A DNA stretch of 64,000 nucleotides from positions 186,001-250,000 of IMG/VR virus record IMGVR_UViG_3300017917_003822. One strand, written 5' to 3'. The notes below the pieces were generated by a model. The model saw only the letters and a program-made list of their open reading frames with translations, searched no databases and was not told the origin of the DNA. Numbering within the stretch: position 1 is the stretch's first letter; each line of letters opens with the position of its first letter. Below, in pieces: positions 8,926 through 19,270 of the stretch. The position numbers and the translations under genes were made by a program.

Positions 8926-9750
8926 TTATTTTAATAAAGAGTAGTACTCCTTAAAGTGTTTGATTCTATCAGCTAAACCAATGGTACCACCATTCACTCT
9001 CCTAGTTACCGAAGTAACAACAGCATCGGTTGCTCCCTGATCGCAGATAGACCAAAGTTTATTAGTATTAAAAAACCAAGCTGCTGAAGCTAGAGGGTAT
9101 TTAGTAGCAACTAAATCTGGATTTGCAAGAATGTCATCGTCAACAAATTTATCAAAAGCAGCGTAGTTTGATTTACCTGTTAGTTGGATATAACCTCTAC
9201 CTCTAAATTTGAAACCGTCTCTAGATGCTTCGTCACCATTACCCATTCTTCCACCATATACTCTGGCAGCGATTTTTTCTGGCTGTCTTGCATATGATTC
9301 ATTCAAATTTCCTGGGAAATATTTAGGGAAGATCTTTTTAAGACCGTCAGCTGAATAGTTCAAATTCTCCTGAACAGCTTTAAATCCACCCGATTCGTGA
9401 CCACATTGAGCTAAAAAGTGAGCTAATCTTAATGTGTTAGTGATGCCAAATTTAGCCGCGGTATCTGGAATTTGTGCGATAACAGAATCGGGAATGTGTC
9501 CCTTTAGTGCGCTCAATTTGAAAGCGGATGGTGGAACTGTAGCTGCCGGAGCTGCTGCAACAGGAGCTGTTCCGAATAATTTAGTCCAAGTTCCAGGTCC
9601 AACAATACCATCAGCAGTAAGACCGTTGGCTGCTTGCCACTCTTTCACTTTAGCCTCAGTACCTGGTCCGAAAGAACCATCTGCGACTAATCCTAATTTC
9701 TCCTGGAGTTTTTTAACGTCATCTCCCTTAGACCCATTTTTTAGTAACAT
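8926..9750 (-). CDS. endolysin: peptidoglycan-binding domain plus GH19 lysozyme/chitinase-like domain
   Basis: DG.FGPGT/DGIVGPGT PG-binding repeats; AHFLAQCGHES, ENLNYS, RGRGYIQLTG, VNGG..GL.DR. Confidence 0.9.
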   Translation of the reverse strand: MLLKNGSKGDDVKKLQEKLGLVADGSFGPGTEAKVKEWQAANGLTADGIVGPGTWTKLFGTAPVAAAPAATVPPSAFKLSALKGHIPDSVIAQIPDTAAKFGITNTLRLAHFLAQCGHESGGFKAVQENLNYSADGLKKIFPKYFPGNLNESYARQPEKIAARVYGGRMGNGDEASRDGFKFRGRGYIQLTGKSNYAAFDKFVDDDILANPDLVATKYPLASAAWFFNTNKLWSICDQGATDAVVTSVTRRVNGGTIGLADRIKHFKEYYSLLK

Positions 9751-9772
9751 AGTTGTTTTGGTTTTTTATTTT

Positions 9773-9780
9773 TATATATT
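9773..9780 (-). promoter_or_regulatory. putative late promoter RATATATA
   Basis: AATATATA on minus strand, 22 nt before endolysin ATG. Confidence 0.55.
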
Positions 9781-9808
9781 CCGATATGGCCAAAAAACTG
9801 GGTGATTA

Positions 9809-9840
9809 TTTTTTTATCCCGACTTTTTTTTGTACATTTG
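9809..9840 (+). promoter_or_regulatory. T-tract/CG-N11/TAnnTTTG promoter
   Basis: CG 9820-21, TACATTTG 9833-40. Confidence 0.7.
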
Positions 9841-9867
9841 CAATGCAATAGGAAATATATAAAGCCA

Positions 9868-10419
9868 ATGAAAATCACACTAACCCTACTTATCATCTTA
9901 TTGACATCTAAGAACCCGGAGCAGATTAATTTTACACCAAAAGAAACACCGGAAAAGATCAGTCATCTAGAAAAAAAATCAGAAAAAGAAGAGGAAATCG
10001 GACGTCTTAATTTACAGAATCTGTATAAAAAAATCGTAAAATCTGGAATAGAATTTCCTGATGTTGCTTTTGCACAAGCAGTTTTGGAATCAGGTTATTT
10101 TAAAAGTAAGATTTCACTTCATAATTCTAATCTTTTTGGAATGAGATTACCAAAAAGCAGACCAACAACAGCTAAAGGAGAAAAAAGAGGCTACTCAGTT
10201 TATGATTCATGGCACGGGAGTGTTGATGACTATAAACTATACCAGGAGAAGATTCTCAGAAAAAAAGAAATAACTAGGGATGAATATTTACAAAAGCTGA
10301 ACCGAAACTATGCATTTAGTCCACTCTATAGTAAAAAGATCTCATCCATTATCAAGAAACATCGAGACATCATAGGTGAGGTACCTGAGCATATGAAAGA
10401 CGGCAAGATAGAAAAATAA
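9868..10419 (+). CDS. GH73 glucosaminidase-like protein with N-terminal hydrophobic segment
   Basis: [23 protein letters not shown]...Y; likely start [10 protein letters not shown] downstream of the promoter. Confidence 0.75.
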   Translation: MKITLTLLIILLTSKNPEQINFTPKETPEKISHLEKKSEKEEEIGRLNLQNLYKKIVKSGIEFPDVAFAQAVLESGYFKSKISLHNSNLFGMRLPKSRPTTAKGEKRGYSVYDSWHGSVDDYKLYQEKILRKKEITRDEYLQKLNRNYAFSPLYSKKISSIIKKHRDIIGEVPEHMKDGKIEK

Positions 10420-11396
10420 TGAAAAAAGAAAGAGTTTTAATAACCGGAGCTGCTGGATTCCTTGGCAGTCATTTATGCGATAGGTTTATCAAGGAGGGAT
10501 ATCACGTAATTGGGATGGATAATCTAATTACTGGAGATCTAAGAAACATAGAGCATCTGTTTCATCTTGAACAATTTGAGTTTTACAATCACGACGTAAG
10601 TAAATTCGTTCATGTTCCAGGTGAATTAAAATACATCTTACATTTTGCGTCACCAGCATCTCCGATAGACTACCTTAAAATTCCAATTCAGACTCTAAAG
10701 GTTGGTTCACTAGGTACTCACAATCTTCTAGGTCTAGCAATGGAGAAGAAAGCTAGAATTTTGGTTGCTAGTACATCAGAGGTTTACGGTGATCCTACCA
10801 TCCATCCACAGAACGAGGATTATTGGGGAAATGTTAACCCGGTGGGACCAAGAGGAGTTTATGATGAAGCAAAAAGATTTCAGGAAGCCATCACCATGGC
10901 ATATCACACCTTCCATGGTTTAGAAACAAGAATAGTCAGAATATTCAATACATACGGACCAAGAATGAGGTTAAATGACGGTAGAGTTTTACCGGCTTTT
11001 ATGGGTCAAGCATTAAGAGGAGAGGATTTAACCATCTTTGGTGACGGCAGTCAGACGAGAAGTTTTTGTTACGTTGATGATCTGGTTGAGGGAATCTATA
11101 GGCTTCTTTTAAGTGACTGTCCAGATCCGGTTAATATAGGAAACCCCTCGGAAATTACCATCGGGCAGTTTGCGGAGGAGATTATTAAGCTAACCGGAAC
11201 CGATCAAAAAACTGTTTATAAATCTCTTCCTGTTGATGATCCCAAGCAAAGAAAACCAGATATCACGAAAGCTAAGACAGTACTTAATTGGGAACCCGTC
11301 ATTAGCAGGGAGGAAGGATTGAGGTTGACCTGGGAATATTTCAAATCTCTCCCATCGGAGAGACTTTACGAAGAAGCACATCATAGAAAATTTTAA
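10419..11396 (+). CDS. UDP-glucuronate decarboxylase (UDP-xylose synthase) family SDR
   Basis: [49 protein letters not shown]. Confidence 0.9.
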   Translation: MKKERVLITGAAGFLGSHLCDRFIKEGYHVIGMDNLITGDLRNIEHLFHLEQFEFYNHDVSKFVHVPGELKYILHFASPASPIDYLKIPIQTLKVGSLGTHNLLGLAMEKKARILVASTSEVYGDPTIHPQNEDYWGNVNPVGPRGVYDEAKRFQEAITMAYHTFHGLETRIVRIFNTYGPRMRLNDGRVLPAFMGQALRGEDLTIFGDGSQTRSFCYVDDLVEGIYRLLLSDCPDPVNIGNPSEITIGQFAEEIIKLTGTDQKTVYKSLPVDDPKQRKPDITKAKTVLNWEPVISREEGLRLTWEYFKSLPSERLYEEAHHRKF

Positions 11397-11397
11397 T

Positions 11398-11607
11398 ATG
11401 AAAAAACACGACTGCTATAAATGTAAACACAGGGAAAGAATACCCGGAGATGCACACTCAAAATGTAATGCTGATGTAAAGAAGGGGGATGTTAAAATTA
11501 TTTACTTGAATCAGTGGTCGATCTTTTTTCCAATTAACTACGATCCTGTTTGGATCAAATCATGTAAAAACTACGAATCTAAAATAGAAGAAAATGAAAT
11601 ATGTTAG
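11398..11607 (+). CDS. small Cys-rich hypothetical protein
   Basis: CYKCKHR..PGDAH.C...FPINYDP.W. Confidence 0.7.
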   Translation: MKKHDCYKCKHRERIPGDAHSKCNADVKKGDVKIIYLNQWSIFFPINYDPVWIKSCKNYESKIEENEIC

Positions 11608-12262
11608 CATTGATATCGAGACAAGTGGTCTCGATCCAGAAAGAAATCAGATACTCTCCATTGGTGCAATAATCGAGGACACTGAGAAAAAATTACCTTT
11701 TGATGAATTACCTAAATTTCACGTGGGTATACTAAGACAGGAGATAACGGGATCGTTATTTGCTATTAATTTAAACCGAGATCTTATCGAGACTTTGGTT
11801 CAATATCAAACTGCAGAATCACAGGATGAGAAGAATGATCTTGTGCATATGACAGGTATGCAATTTTTAAAAGAAGAAGATGTCGTGGAAGCATTCCATG
11901 ATTTTCTATATGAGAATGGATTATCCTCTGTTAATTCATTGGAGCATCATATGAAAGTGGTGAATGGAAAATCATATCCAGCATTAACATCAAGAATGAC
12001 TCCCGCGCAAATTAATGTAGCTGGGAAAAATTTTGGAACTTTTGATAAGCTTTTCCTTGAGAGATTGCCTAGATGGAAACAAGCAATCAGGATCAGACAA
12101 AGAATTATAGATCCGTCGGTTATTTTTACTGACTGGAAAGAGGATTCTTCCTTACCTTCTTTAAATCAATGCAAGCAGAGAGCCAAAATTGATGGTGAGG
12201 TTACACATAATGCATTGGAAGATGCATGGGACGTGATAGCATTACTCAGAACACAATACTAA
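11594..12262 (+). CDS. DEDDh 3'-5' exonuclease (DnaQ-like)
   Basis: SIDIETSG, GKNFGTFD, HNALEDA. Confidence 0.85.
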   Translation: MKYVSIDIETSGLDPERNQILSIGAIIEDTEKKLPFDELPKFHVGILRQEITGSLFAINLNRDLIETLVQYQTAESQDEKNDLVHMTGMQFLKEEDVVEAFHDFLYENGLSSVNSLEHHMKVVNGKSYPALTSRMTPAQINVAGKNFGTFDKLFLERLPRWKQAIRIRQRIIDPSVIFTDWKEDSSLPSLNQCKQRAKIDGEVTHNALEDAWDVIALLRTQY

Positions 12263-12265
12263 TTA

Positions 12266-12300
12266 GCAAAAAAAAGCCTAGAAATTTCTAGGCTTTTTTG
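12266..12300. terminator. bidirectional terminator
   Basis: AAAAAAGCCTAGA/TCTAGGCTTTTTT between convergent genes. Confidence 0.8.
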
Positions 12301-12314
12301 TGAATTTATTTATC

Positions 12315-13709
12315 TTATTTACCTGGGTAACCAGTTTCCCTGTGTACTCTTTCAAAAAGTTCTCTCTGTTTGGATTCATTGATGTATTTTGAAAGTTCTC
12401 TTACTCTATCAAAATCTCCAGCATCCAATGCTTGATCAATTAAAGCCATGATGTCTCTTTTAGCCATGTTAGCGTAATCTTCGTCATCTTGCTGCTGGTT
12501 TGCTGGTAATCCTAAATCAGGAGATTCTGTATCTATACCTGCTACGGAAAGTTCATAATCAGCAGTCTCTTTAGCGACCTCGTCAATTATTTTTTGCATA
12601 TCAGTCTTAGCCTTTGGATTTTGACTTAGTATATTAAACATAAGTTCCAAGAATTGTGGCGCAGGTAAAAGCATTAGCTTACCAAAAACATGCTCTCTTA
12701 AATTTTCAATCTTATCAACCTCATTAAATCCGTTAACAAAATCTCTTAAATCAGCTGCTATTTCTGGACCGTATCTAAGATCCTCGATCTCATCGGCCAA
12801 AGAATCTGTGTTTGAAATGATAATCTCTGCACTTTCCTCATCCTCAGGAATTGCGTTAGCAGCAATTAATTCATAGATTCCTTTTACGGTTTCATGAAGA
12901 AGCATAGCAAAATCAGTACCTAAAGCGTAAATTGTTGGTTTAGTTTGATCGAAAAGATCTTCGGTTTCTTCCTCCGGAAGTTCGTCAGTTCTCATTAATT
13001 CATCTAGAATATCTTGAGCTTTCTCCTCATTCTCCTTGTTGTTTTCTGGAGTCTCCCATTCAACCTTAACAGATCCAGCAAATCCTGACTTGTCTCTCTC
13101 CCACATCTCTTTTTGTACCTCCATTGGGATAGTCCAGTCGAAAAATCCTGCTATTTCAGTTATCTTATTTAAGATCTCTCTATACTCTCTTCCCTTATCA
13201 GCACCTAGTATTTCCTCCAATCCGTCAGTAACCTCAGGTAGATTCAGCATAAGTTTTGTATTTTTAGCTTCTCCTTGAGTGATGTTATTAGCTATTTTTC
13301 TCTTGTGGATCTCCGAGATGATTCCAGCATCTTTCAATTCTTTAAGCTGTGGCATTTCTGGCGGTTCAGCAGGAACATTTTCCATCGTTTTCTTGATCTC
13401 ATCGTTCTTAGGAAATCTTATCTTCAACTCAACCTCATCAAGAATTGTTCCGTACATAGCTCTAATAGCTCTTTCAGCTAGTGATTCAAGATCCTTCTCG
13501 TGACCTCTTTGAATCTCTCTGGCTTTGAATACAAGACTCATGAATTGAGGAATCTCTCTACCGTGTCTTCTCTGAAGCTCTCTGTTTTTTTCTTCAGCTT
13601 TTCTCTCAACGTCGGAAAGGTAACTTCCTTCTTTTCCTCCCTCTCCGGGAATAGCTGGATTGCCTTTTAACGAGGCCTCATCGATTTTTTGTTTAAATGA
13701 CTTAATCAT
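12315..13709 (-). CDS. acidic hypothetical protein, putative virion/head protein
   Basis: 464 aa; MIKSFKQKIDE N-terminus; UVR-like C-terminal helix pair. Confidence 0.7.
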   Translation of the reverse strand: MIKSFKQKIDEASLKGNPAIPGEGGKEGSYLSDVERKAEEKNRELQRRHGREIPQFMSLVFKAREIQRGHEKDLESLAERAIRAMYGTILDEVELKIRFPKNDEIKKTMENVPAEPPEMPQLKELKDAGIISEIHKRKIANNITQGEAKNTKLMLNLPEVTDGLEEILGADKGREYREILNKITEIAGFFDWTIPMEVQKEMWERDKSGFAGSVKVEWETPENNKENEEKAQDILDELMRTDELPEEETEDLFDQTKPTIYALGTDFAMLLHETVKGIYELIAANAIPEDEESAEIIISNTDSLADEIEDLRYGPEIAADLRDFVNGFNEVDKIENLREHVFGKLMLLPAPQFLELMFNILSQNPKAKTDMQKIIDEVAKETADYELSVAGIDTESPDLGLPANQQQDDEDYANMAKRDIMALIDQALDAGDFDRVRELSKYINESKQRELFERVHRETGYPGK

Positions 13710-13980
13710 CGTATCTTTCTTTTAATTTTCCAAGATTGAACTCCATTGGAGTTTTATTTTTTCTAAGCTCTTCCATGAATCTCTTCATAACATCCGCAAC
13801 TTTAGCTTTAGGAGCTGGTTCAACAGATGGTTTATCTCTCCTAATCGGACTAGGTCTGGAAGGAGTTTTTGATGGAGAAGTTCCGGGTTTTATTGTTGGA
13901 GCCGGTTGACCAGGCTTAGTAGCTGGTTGATTAGCCGTTTTTGTTGCTAAAAACTCATCAATTTTAGTAATAATCTTCAT
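13702..13980 (-). CDS. Pro-rich hypothetical protein
   Basis: 92 aa; PATKPG/PTIKPG repeats. Confidence 0.7.
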   Translation of the reverse strand: MKIITKIDEFLATKTANQPATKPGQPAPTIKPGTSPSKTPSRPSPIRRDKPSVEPAPKAKVADVMKRFMEELRKNKTPMEFNLGKLKERYDD

Positions 13981-14000
13981 TAGTATTGATTTTTATTTTG

Positions 14001-14010
14001 AATATATATC
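14001..14010. promoter_or_regulatory. bidirectional putative late promoter
   Basis: AATATATATC reads RATATATA on both strands, 21-22 nt before two divergent ATGs. Confidence 0.6.
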
Positions 14011-14029
14011 GAAAGATAATATTATAGAT

Positions 14030-15607
14030 ATGATGACCAATCAAAGTTTCCGTAGTTTTTTTGAAGCTGCACCGTTAATGGAAAATGTTCAGGCGGCAAA
14101 AGACTATTTATTAAAGCAATATGCAGAAAAAAAGAAGATAAAACCTTCTGAGTTAAGCGATGAGGAAAAGAAGGATATTCTTCTTAATCCAAAATTTATT
14201 GAGATCAGAGATCTAGTTGCTAAACAACCAGGATACACTTTACCCTTCCTGATATTCTACATTGAGCAAAAAGCCCATATGGAAGAGCTTGAAGAAATTC
14301 TGGATTACTTAAATAAATTTAAAACTCAGCTTTCCGAACTTAGCATGCCAGTTGCGGATTTTGCTAAGATCCAACCAACTAAGGATGATCCTAGACCTGG
14401 TTACGAACACCTTGGAGATGAGCTTAGAAATATCGAGAGAAGAAGAAAGCTTAAGGAGCTTTATAATGAGCTAACCCCAAGAATGAAAAAACAGTTCAAT
14501 AAAGCATCTAATGAACAAATAGAGGATTTAACAGCTATTTCGAACCAACTTAAATCACTTCCAGATATCGTTAGTAAGGATGATCTTGATGCGGAGGGTA
14601 AACCTAAGGTTCTTAACGCTTGGAAATCTTTTTCCAGAAATATGAAAAAGTACGACGACACAAGAACTTATCCTGAATATGCGGATGAAAAGGTTGCTTT
14701 TGGTGACATAGCAAAGGATGCCCTAGATTTCATAGAGGGTTGGGGACAAGATGAGGACGCACTTCTTAAAAAACTTAAAGAACTAGGACCTCAAGTTGGG
14801 ATCCTGTACGCTAAAAAAGGTTATATTGCGATGTCTGCAAGAACACCGGAGGCCCAAAGGGCAGTGTGTGCGGATACTAACTGGTGTATTAGAACAGATT
14901 CTACCTTCTGGAGCTATGGAGGCGGAAGAATCCAAATAAACATCATCAACAAAAATCTTCCGGTTACAGATAATCTAAGTCTTATTGGTATCACAATCAA
15001 TCCGAATGGAACTATTCACACAGATGCAACCAGACCAAACAACAGGCTTAGAGATCAGAATGGGAGCACATTCAAAACATACATCGATGCACTTCGTGGG
15101 CTTGGTTATCCAGCAGATCTAATTAAGGATGTTGAAGATAAATTCCAAAGAGAAGTAGATATTAAGTTAGCTCTGGAACATTACTATAAAGATGGATCCA
15201 ATCTATCACCAAGAAAAGTCGTAGAATCTCTAATTACGATGAGCAAGGGATTCCTATCAGGGGTAATGCCTCAGGAAGACTGGGAAAGAATATCCGGTAT
15301 CGTATCTCAAATTATCTTTGAAGATAAGGGTCTTACTAAAGGGGCGTTTATGAAGATATTTAAAGAAAATGGTATTTACGTTGAAGCAACATGGAACGTA
15401 TTCGACTCGTTAATCGGTAAGGATTACACAAAAGAGGAGATGAAGGAGATTGGAGACTCAACTAAATCTGGATTGGAAGCAATGGCAGAATTACTTGAGA
15501 TTGAGGACAGCGGGGCATTAGGGATGAGAAAATCTGATGTCGATGCAATGAAGGAGGTAGTTTCTAATAAGAAATGGGTTCTTGAGCAGATCTCAAAAAG
15601 AATGTAA
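14030..15607 (+). CDS. hypothetical protein with TxWC motif
   Basis: 525 aa; DTNWCI. Confidence 0.75.
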   Translation: MMTNQSFRSFFEAAPLMENVQAAKDYLLKQYAEKKKIKPSELSDEEKKDILLNPKFIEIRDLVAKQPGYTLPFLIFYIEQKAHMEELEEILDYLNKFKTQLSELSMPVADFAKIQPTKDDPRPGYEHLGDELRNIERRRKLKELYNELTPRMKKQFNKASNEQIEDLTAISNQLKSLPDIVSKDDLDAEGKPKVLNAWKSFSRNMKKYDDTRTYPEYADEKVAFGDIAKDALDFIEGWGQDEDALLKKLKELGPQVGILYAKKGYIAMSARTPEAQRAVCADTNWCIRTDSTFWSYGGGRIQINIINKNLPVTDNLSLIGITINPNGTIHTDATRPNNRLRDQNGSTFKTYIDALRGLGYPADLIKDVEDKFQREVDIKLALEHYYKDGSNLSPRKVVESLITMSKGFLSGVMPQEDWERISGIVSQIIFEDKGLTKGAFMKIFKENGIYVEATWNVFDSLIGKDYTKEEMKEIGDSTKSGLEAMAELLEIEDSGALGMRKSDVDAMKEVVSNKKWVLEQISKRM

Positions 15608-15614
15608 ATATATA
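15607..15614 (+). promoter_or_regulatory. putative late promoter RATATATA
   Basis: AATATATA, 4 nt before ATG. Confidence 0.55.
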
Positions 15615-15618
15615 CAAT

Positions 15619-16899
15619 ATGGAAAAAGTATTAAGCTATAAAGCTTTCGAATCGGAAGAAATAGAAAACGATTTAAACCCTGAGACAAATCAGGAAGTAG
15701 ATGAAGCCAGAAGCTGGTATTCTTTAAATGATAGAACCAGAGAAATTGCGGAGGCTCTAGATAACACTCAGGAGGGAAGAGATCTTCAAGCAATCGGAGT
15801 AAGAATCTACGAGAGAAGATATGACGAAATCGTAGTTGAAAGAATTTCTGGCCCTATGGCTAAGGTGGCTTTATTTAAAAATGAAGATGGCGAATATTGC
15901 TACGAATACCTTTCAAGTAAGGCTGGTGTTGAAAGATATAATCTTTCTAAATTCGACACACCAGAAAAATGTTTAAGAGCACTTCTTCTAAGAATCATCA
16001 GAAACAATATCCCTGCTGCAATTATTCCTAAAAAAGATATACCAAATCTGAACTTCAATGAACTAGTCCCTGTTGGTGCTAAATTGGATATGCCACAAAT
16101 TCTTGCTAGAATGAAGGAGGTTATCGGAGGTCATGAATTATCGGATCTTGATGTAACTGCAGTAGTTGCTCTACCAACAATTCAGAATCTTGATGATTTA
16201 GGTATGGTTGGTAAGGGATCAAAAAATGACAGAACGATCATCAATAAAGTCGATCAGATCTCACCAAAATACAGATTCTATTCTAGAGCAACCAAAAGGG
16301 TTGGTGAAATCTATGGGGGCTTATTAGCAACCATCGTTGGTGTTAATGAAAGAGACCTGGGAGGAACCATGTTTAGCGATCCTTATGAGGTTTGGAGAGT
16401 GAACAACTCAAACAGAATGCCACTTAATAGTGTTAACTTTAGAACTGGAGACAATTCTGTTAAATGTAACATTCAGGATAACGAGATCTTCGGATCTGTT
16501 TTTATCGCTATATTCAAGAGAACCTTCAAGAGAGCCAAGGGTAGATATGAGAAAGAACATTTGATCGAGCCTACGTACTCAATCAGAAGCGATAGAGACA
16601 ATAAAGTTGAGATTATCAGAGAGTTAAATAGCCTACTTAGTGATTACTTTACTCAGGCCGCTGATACTCTTGAAGCAAGCGTTTTCATCGATCCGGGTGA
16701 GGAGAACACAGCAATCCACACAAACGCTAAAGCTCTAATGGTTAAATTTCTATTGAGAAATGGATCAACTCTACTAAAGGGAATAATCGGAGAGAACGAC
16801 GAGCTACAAGAACTTGTTGATATCACAACTAGAGAGGAAGATGTTGATGCATTAACTAAGAGATTAATTAAAGTATCTAGAGCTCTTAGATACGTATAA
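15619..16899 (+). CDS. hypothetical protein, CTS-like N-terminus
   Basis: 426 aa; MEKVLSYKAFESE. Confidence 0.75.
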   Translation: MEKVLSYKAFESEEIENDLNPETNQEVDEARSWYSLNDRTREIAEALDNTQEGRDLQAIGVRIYERRYDEIVVERISGPMAKVALFKNEDGEYCYEYLSSKAGVERYNLSKFDTPEKCLRALLLRIIRNNIPAAIIPKKDIPNLNFNELVPVGAKLDMPQILARMKEVIGGHELSDLDVTAVVALPTIQNLDDLGMVGKGSKNDRTIINKVDQISPKYRFYSRATKRVGEIYGGLLATIVGVNERDLGGTMFSDPYEVWRVNNSNRMPLNSVNFRTGDNSVKCNIQDNEIFGSVFIAIFKRTFKRAKGRYEKEHLIEPTYSIRSDRDNKVEIIRELNSLLSDYFTQAADTLEASVFIDPGEENTAIHTNAKALMVKFLLRNGSTLLKGIIGENDELQELVDITTREEDVDALTKRLIKVSRALRYV

Positions 16900-16904
16900 T
16901 AAAT

Positions 16905-17153
16905 ATGGAAAATCTACTAGAAAGAAAAAGACAGGACGTTTGCTCGGGGTGCGGTAAATCCATAGGAGACCCAGAAAAAGAGTGTCCACACTGCGGAGCA
17001 TTTCCACAGAAGGCTTATCACGAAAGAGCAGCAGCTAAGACACTTGGGATAGCTAAATGGGTACAGAACTCCCCAGTAATGCAACCTAATCAGAAGCTTA
17101 GCGAGGATAAGGATGGATTACAGAACATTCTATCATTCGACGACTTCAAATAA
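16905..17153 (+). CDS. zinc-ribbon protein
   Basis: CSGCG...CPHCG. Confidence 0.7.
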   Translation: MENLLERKRQDVCSGCGKSIGDPEKECPHCGAFPQKAYHERAAAKTLGIAKWVQNSPVMQPNQKLSEDKDGLQNILSFDDFK

Positions 17154-17169
17154 TATTCACATTTATCAG

Positions 17170-17199
17170 AAATTCCAGCTTATAGCTGGAATTTTTTTT
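17170..17199 (+). terminator. intrinsic terminator
   Basis: AATTCCAGCT/AGCTGGAATT plus T-tract. Confidence 0.75.
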
Positions 17200-17234
17200 G
17201 TTGTATGCCTATAATATAAATAAAGAAAAAAAAT

Positions 17235-17792
17235 ATGAAGCCAATAACAGGGAGAAATGAATCATTTACTAGGGTAATTGATATACTAGAGAATACGTAC
17301 GATTCACCAATAACAATAGTGGAAACCGGGTGTATAAGAAACGTAACAGAGGAAAGTAAATTTGGAGATGGTTGGAGTACATTAAACTGGGAATATTATT
17401 GTAAAAAAACAGAATCCAAAGTTTATGTTGTAGATATTAACGAAGATCATCTTAATCAATCTATGAAGATCGTTCCACCAAGTAAATATGTTGAATATGC
17501 AAAGGATGATTCAATAAACTATCTACGTAATTTTGATAAAAAGATAGATTTATTATTTCTTGACAGCTTTGATTTCTGTGGGGATTCTGAAAATATCAGA
17601 GCATGCCACAATCATTGTTTAAATGAGGCTAAGGCCGCATGGGATAAATTGAATGACAATTGTTTCGTACTAATAGATGATGTGTTCGATAATAGATGGG
17701 CAGGTAAAGGTGAGCTTGCAATACCATATCTTCTGGAAAATGGCTTTGAATTAGTTTACTATATGGATTCACAAGTATTACTTAAGAGATGA
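17235..17792 (+). CDS. class I SAM-dependent methyltransferase
   Basis: IVETGC, VDIN, IDLLFLDS, LIDD. Confidence 0.75.
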   Translation: MKPITGRNESFTRVIDILENTYDSPITIVETGCIRNVTEESKFGDGWSTLNWEYYCKKTESKVYVVDINEDHLNQSMKIVPPSKYVEYAKDDSINYLRNFDKKIDLLFLDSFDFCGDSENIRACHNHCLNEAKAAWDKLNDNCFVLIDDVFDNRWAGKGELAIPYLLENGFELVYYMDSQVLLKR

Positions 17793-18442
17793 AGTATCTA
17801 AATTATTTTGATGGTGCATTTTATATAAATCTCGATAGAAGAACTGACAGAAGGGAATCGTTCGAGATAAAGTCAAATCAAGCAGGTCTTAATATCCCGA
17901 GATTCAAAGCTGTTGAATTATCCCCGGATGATGCTCATAAGAGGGAGGATGATCCAGAATGGTATAAAAAGGAATCATGTACAGCCTCACATCAGGAATG
18001 TATAGAGATAGCAAAGTCGAATAACTGGGAATCTATACTTATATTCGAGGATGACGCCATATTCGATCCCGGATTTAAAGAGAAAGCTAGTAAATGTATA
18101 GAGGATCTCAGAAATATCGAGTGGGATATGTTTTTCTTTGGGGGTGAGCCTAATGATAATTGCACAAGGATTAGTGAAAATATCTATAAAACCAATGGGG
18201 TATACGGTACACATGCTTATGCTATACATAGAAATTTCTATGATAATGCACTAAGATTAAATAGAGGTGTTGGTGTGATAGATGCGATGTATCTGAATTA
18301 TCCTAAGGAAGCAAAAAGATTTTTCTTATCTAGCGAACTTCTCGTTTGGCAGGACGACGATAATTATCCATCGGACTTATGGGTAAATAAATTCAGATCT
18401 GAGCACATTTATAGAGATGCGTATAAAAAATTTGTAATATGA
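17789..18442 (+). CDS. glycosyltransferase family 25
   Basis: YINLDRRTDRR, C..SH, LIFEDDA, GTHAY. Confidence 0.85.
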   Translation: MKYLNYFDGAFYINLDRRTDRRESFEIKSNQAGLNIPRFKAVELSPDDAHKREDDPEWYKKESCTASHQECIEIAKSNNWESILIFEDDAIFDPGFKEKASKCIEDLRNIEWDMFFFGGEPNDNCTRISENIYKTNGVYGTHAYAIHRNFYDNALRLNRGVGVIDAMYLNYPKEAKRFFLSSELLVWQDDDNYPSDLWVNKFRSEHIYRDAYKKFVI

Positions 18443-19230
18443 AAAAGGTTAGCTTCGTTTGCACCACTTATAGAAGATTTAGATGCGTACAGAGGATAGT
18501 TTCACAATATAAAGCTCAGACTTACGCTAATAAGGAGCTAATAATATTCAATACGGATGAAGAATTCCCATATTCTTCCGACCTTAACGATCCTAGTATC
18601 ATCATAATAAATAACGGATCGGATTACATCACGGGTAATCCGTATACCAATCGGGGTCAAATATGTAGAGATGCAGTTACCCATGCAAGCGGTGATTATT
18701 TTATGTTGGCTGATGATGATGACATATATCTTCCATGGCATATAGAGCAGGCAGTTGACGGGATAATAGAAAATGGTAAGGACGCATGGAAGCCACAGAA
18801 AAGTTTCTTTGCAGCTCCAGGTAGGATCGAGCTTTGTCAGAATACACTAGAGGCTTCCGTTATAGTAAAAATGGATCGAATCAGAGAAATTGGATTTAGA
18901 TCAGATTTAACTGGATACGAGGGACTAAGTTGGTATACACAATTAAGAGACGAGGGGAATCTTGATGAAAATAATATGGACTATGTTCCATCATATTGCT
19001 TTAATTGGAGTGATCCAGCAGAAATGGCTGGACATAAGCAATCTGGCGACATTAACAATCCGGATAATTTTGAAAATCATAAGAGAGCCTCGCTTGATTT
19101 TGCTAAAGGCCCTCTGGAGAGAAACCTGGATTTAACACAGGTCTATTCCAAGTATTATGACTTCCTAAGAACTAATAGAGAAATATTCCACCGGGAGTCA
19201 TTCGAAAGATACGCATTAAATTTCCTATAA
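18439..19230 (+). CDS. glycosyltransferase family 2 (GT-A)
   Basis: VS....TY.R, QTYANKELII, GDY...DDDD. Confidence 0.8.
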   Translation: MKKVSFVCTTYRRFRCVQRIVSQYKAQTYANKELIIFNTDEEFPYSSDLNDPSIIIINNGSDYITGNPYTNRGQICRDAVTHASGDYFMLADDDDIYLPWHIEQAVDGIIENGKDAWKPQKSFFAAPGRIELCQNTLEASVIVKMDRIREIGFRSDLTGYEGLSWYTQLRDEGNLDENNMDYVPSYCFNWSDPAEMAGHKQSGDINNPDNFENHKRASLDFAKGPLERNLDLTQVYSKYYDFLRTNREIFHRESFERYALNFL

Positions 19231-19234
19231 TTAA

Positions 19235-19266
19235 TTTTTTTATTCCGGATTCATTCCATACATTTG
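19235..19266 (+). promoter_or_regulatory. T-tract/CG-N11/TAnnTTTG promoter
   Basis: CG 19246-47, TACATTTG 19259-66. Confidence 0.7.
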
Positions 19267-19270
19267 CAAG

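Noticed and set aside
9434-9805. Other overlapping opposite-strand or alternate-frame ORFs in the track (e.g. 472..897, 29282..29698, 39232..39618)
   Set aside because: They overlap well-supported genes and lack motifs or promoter context.
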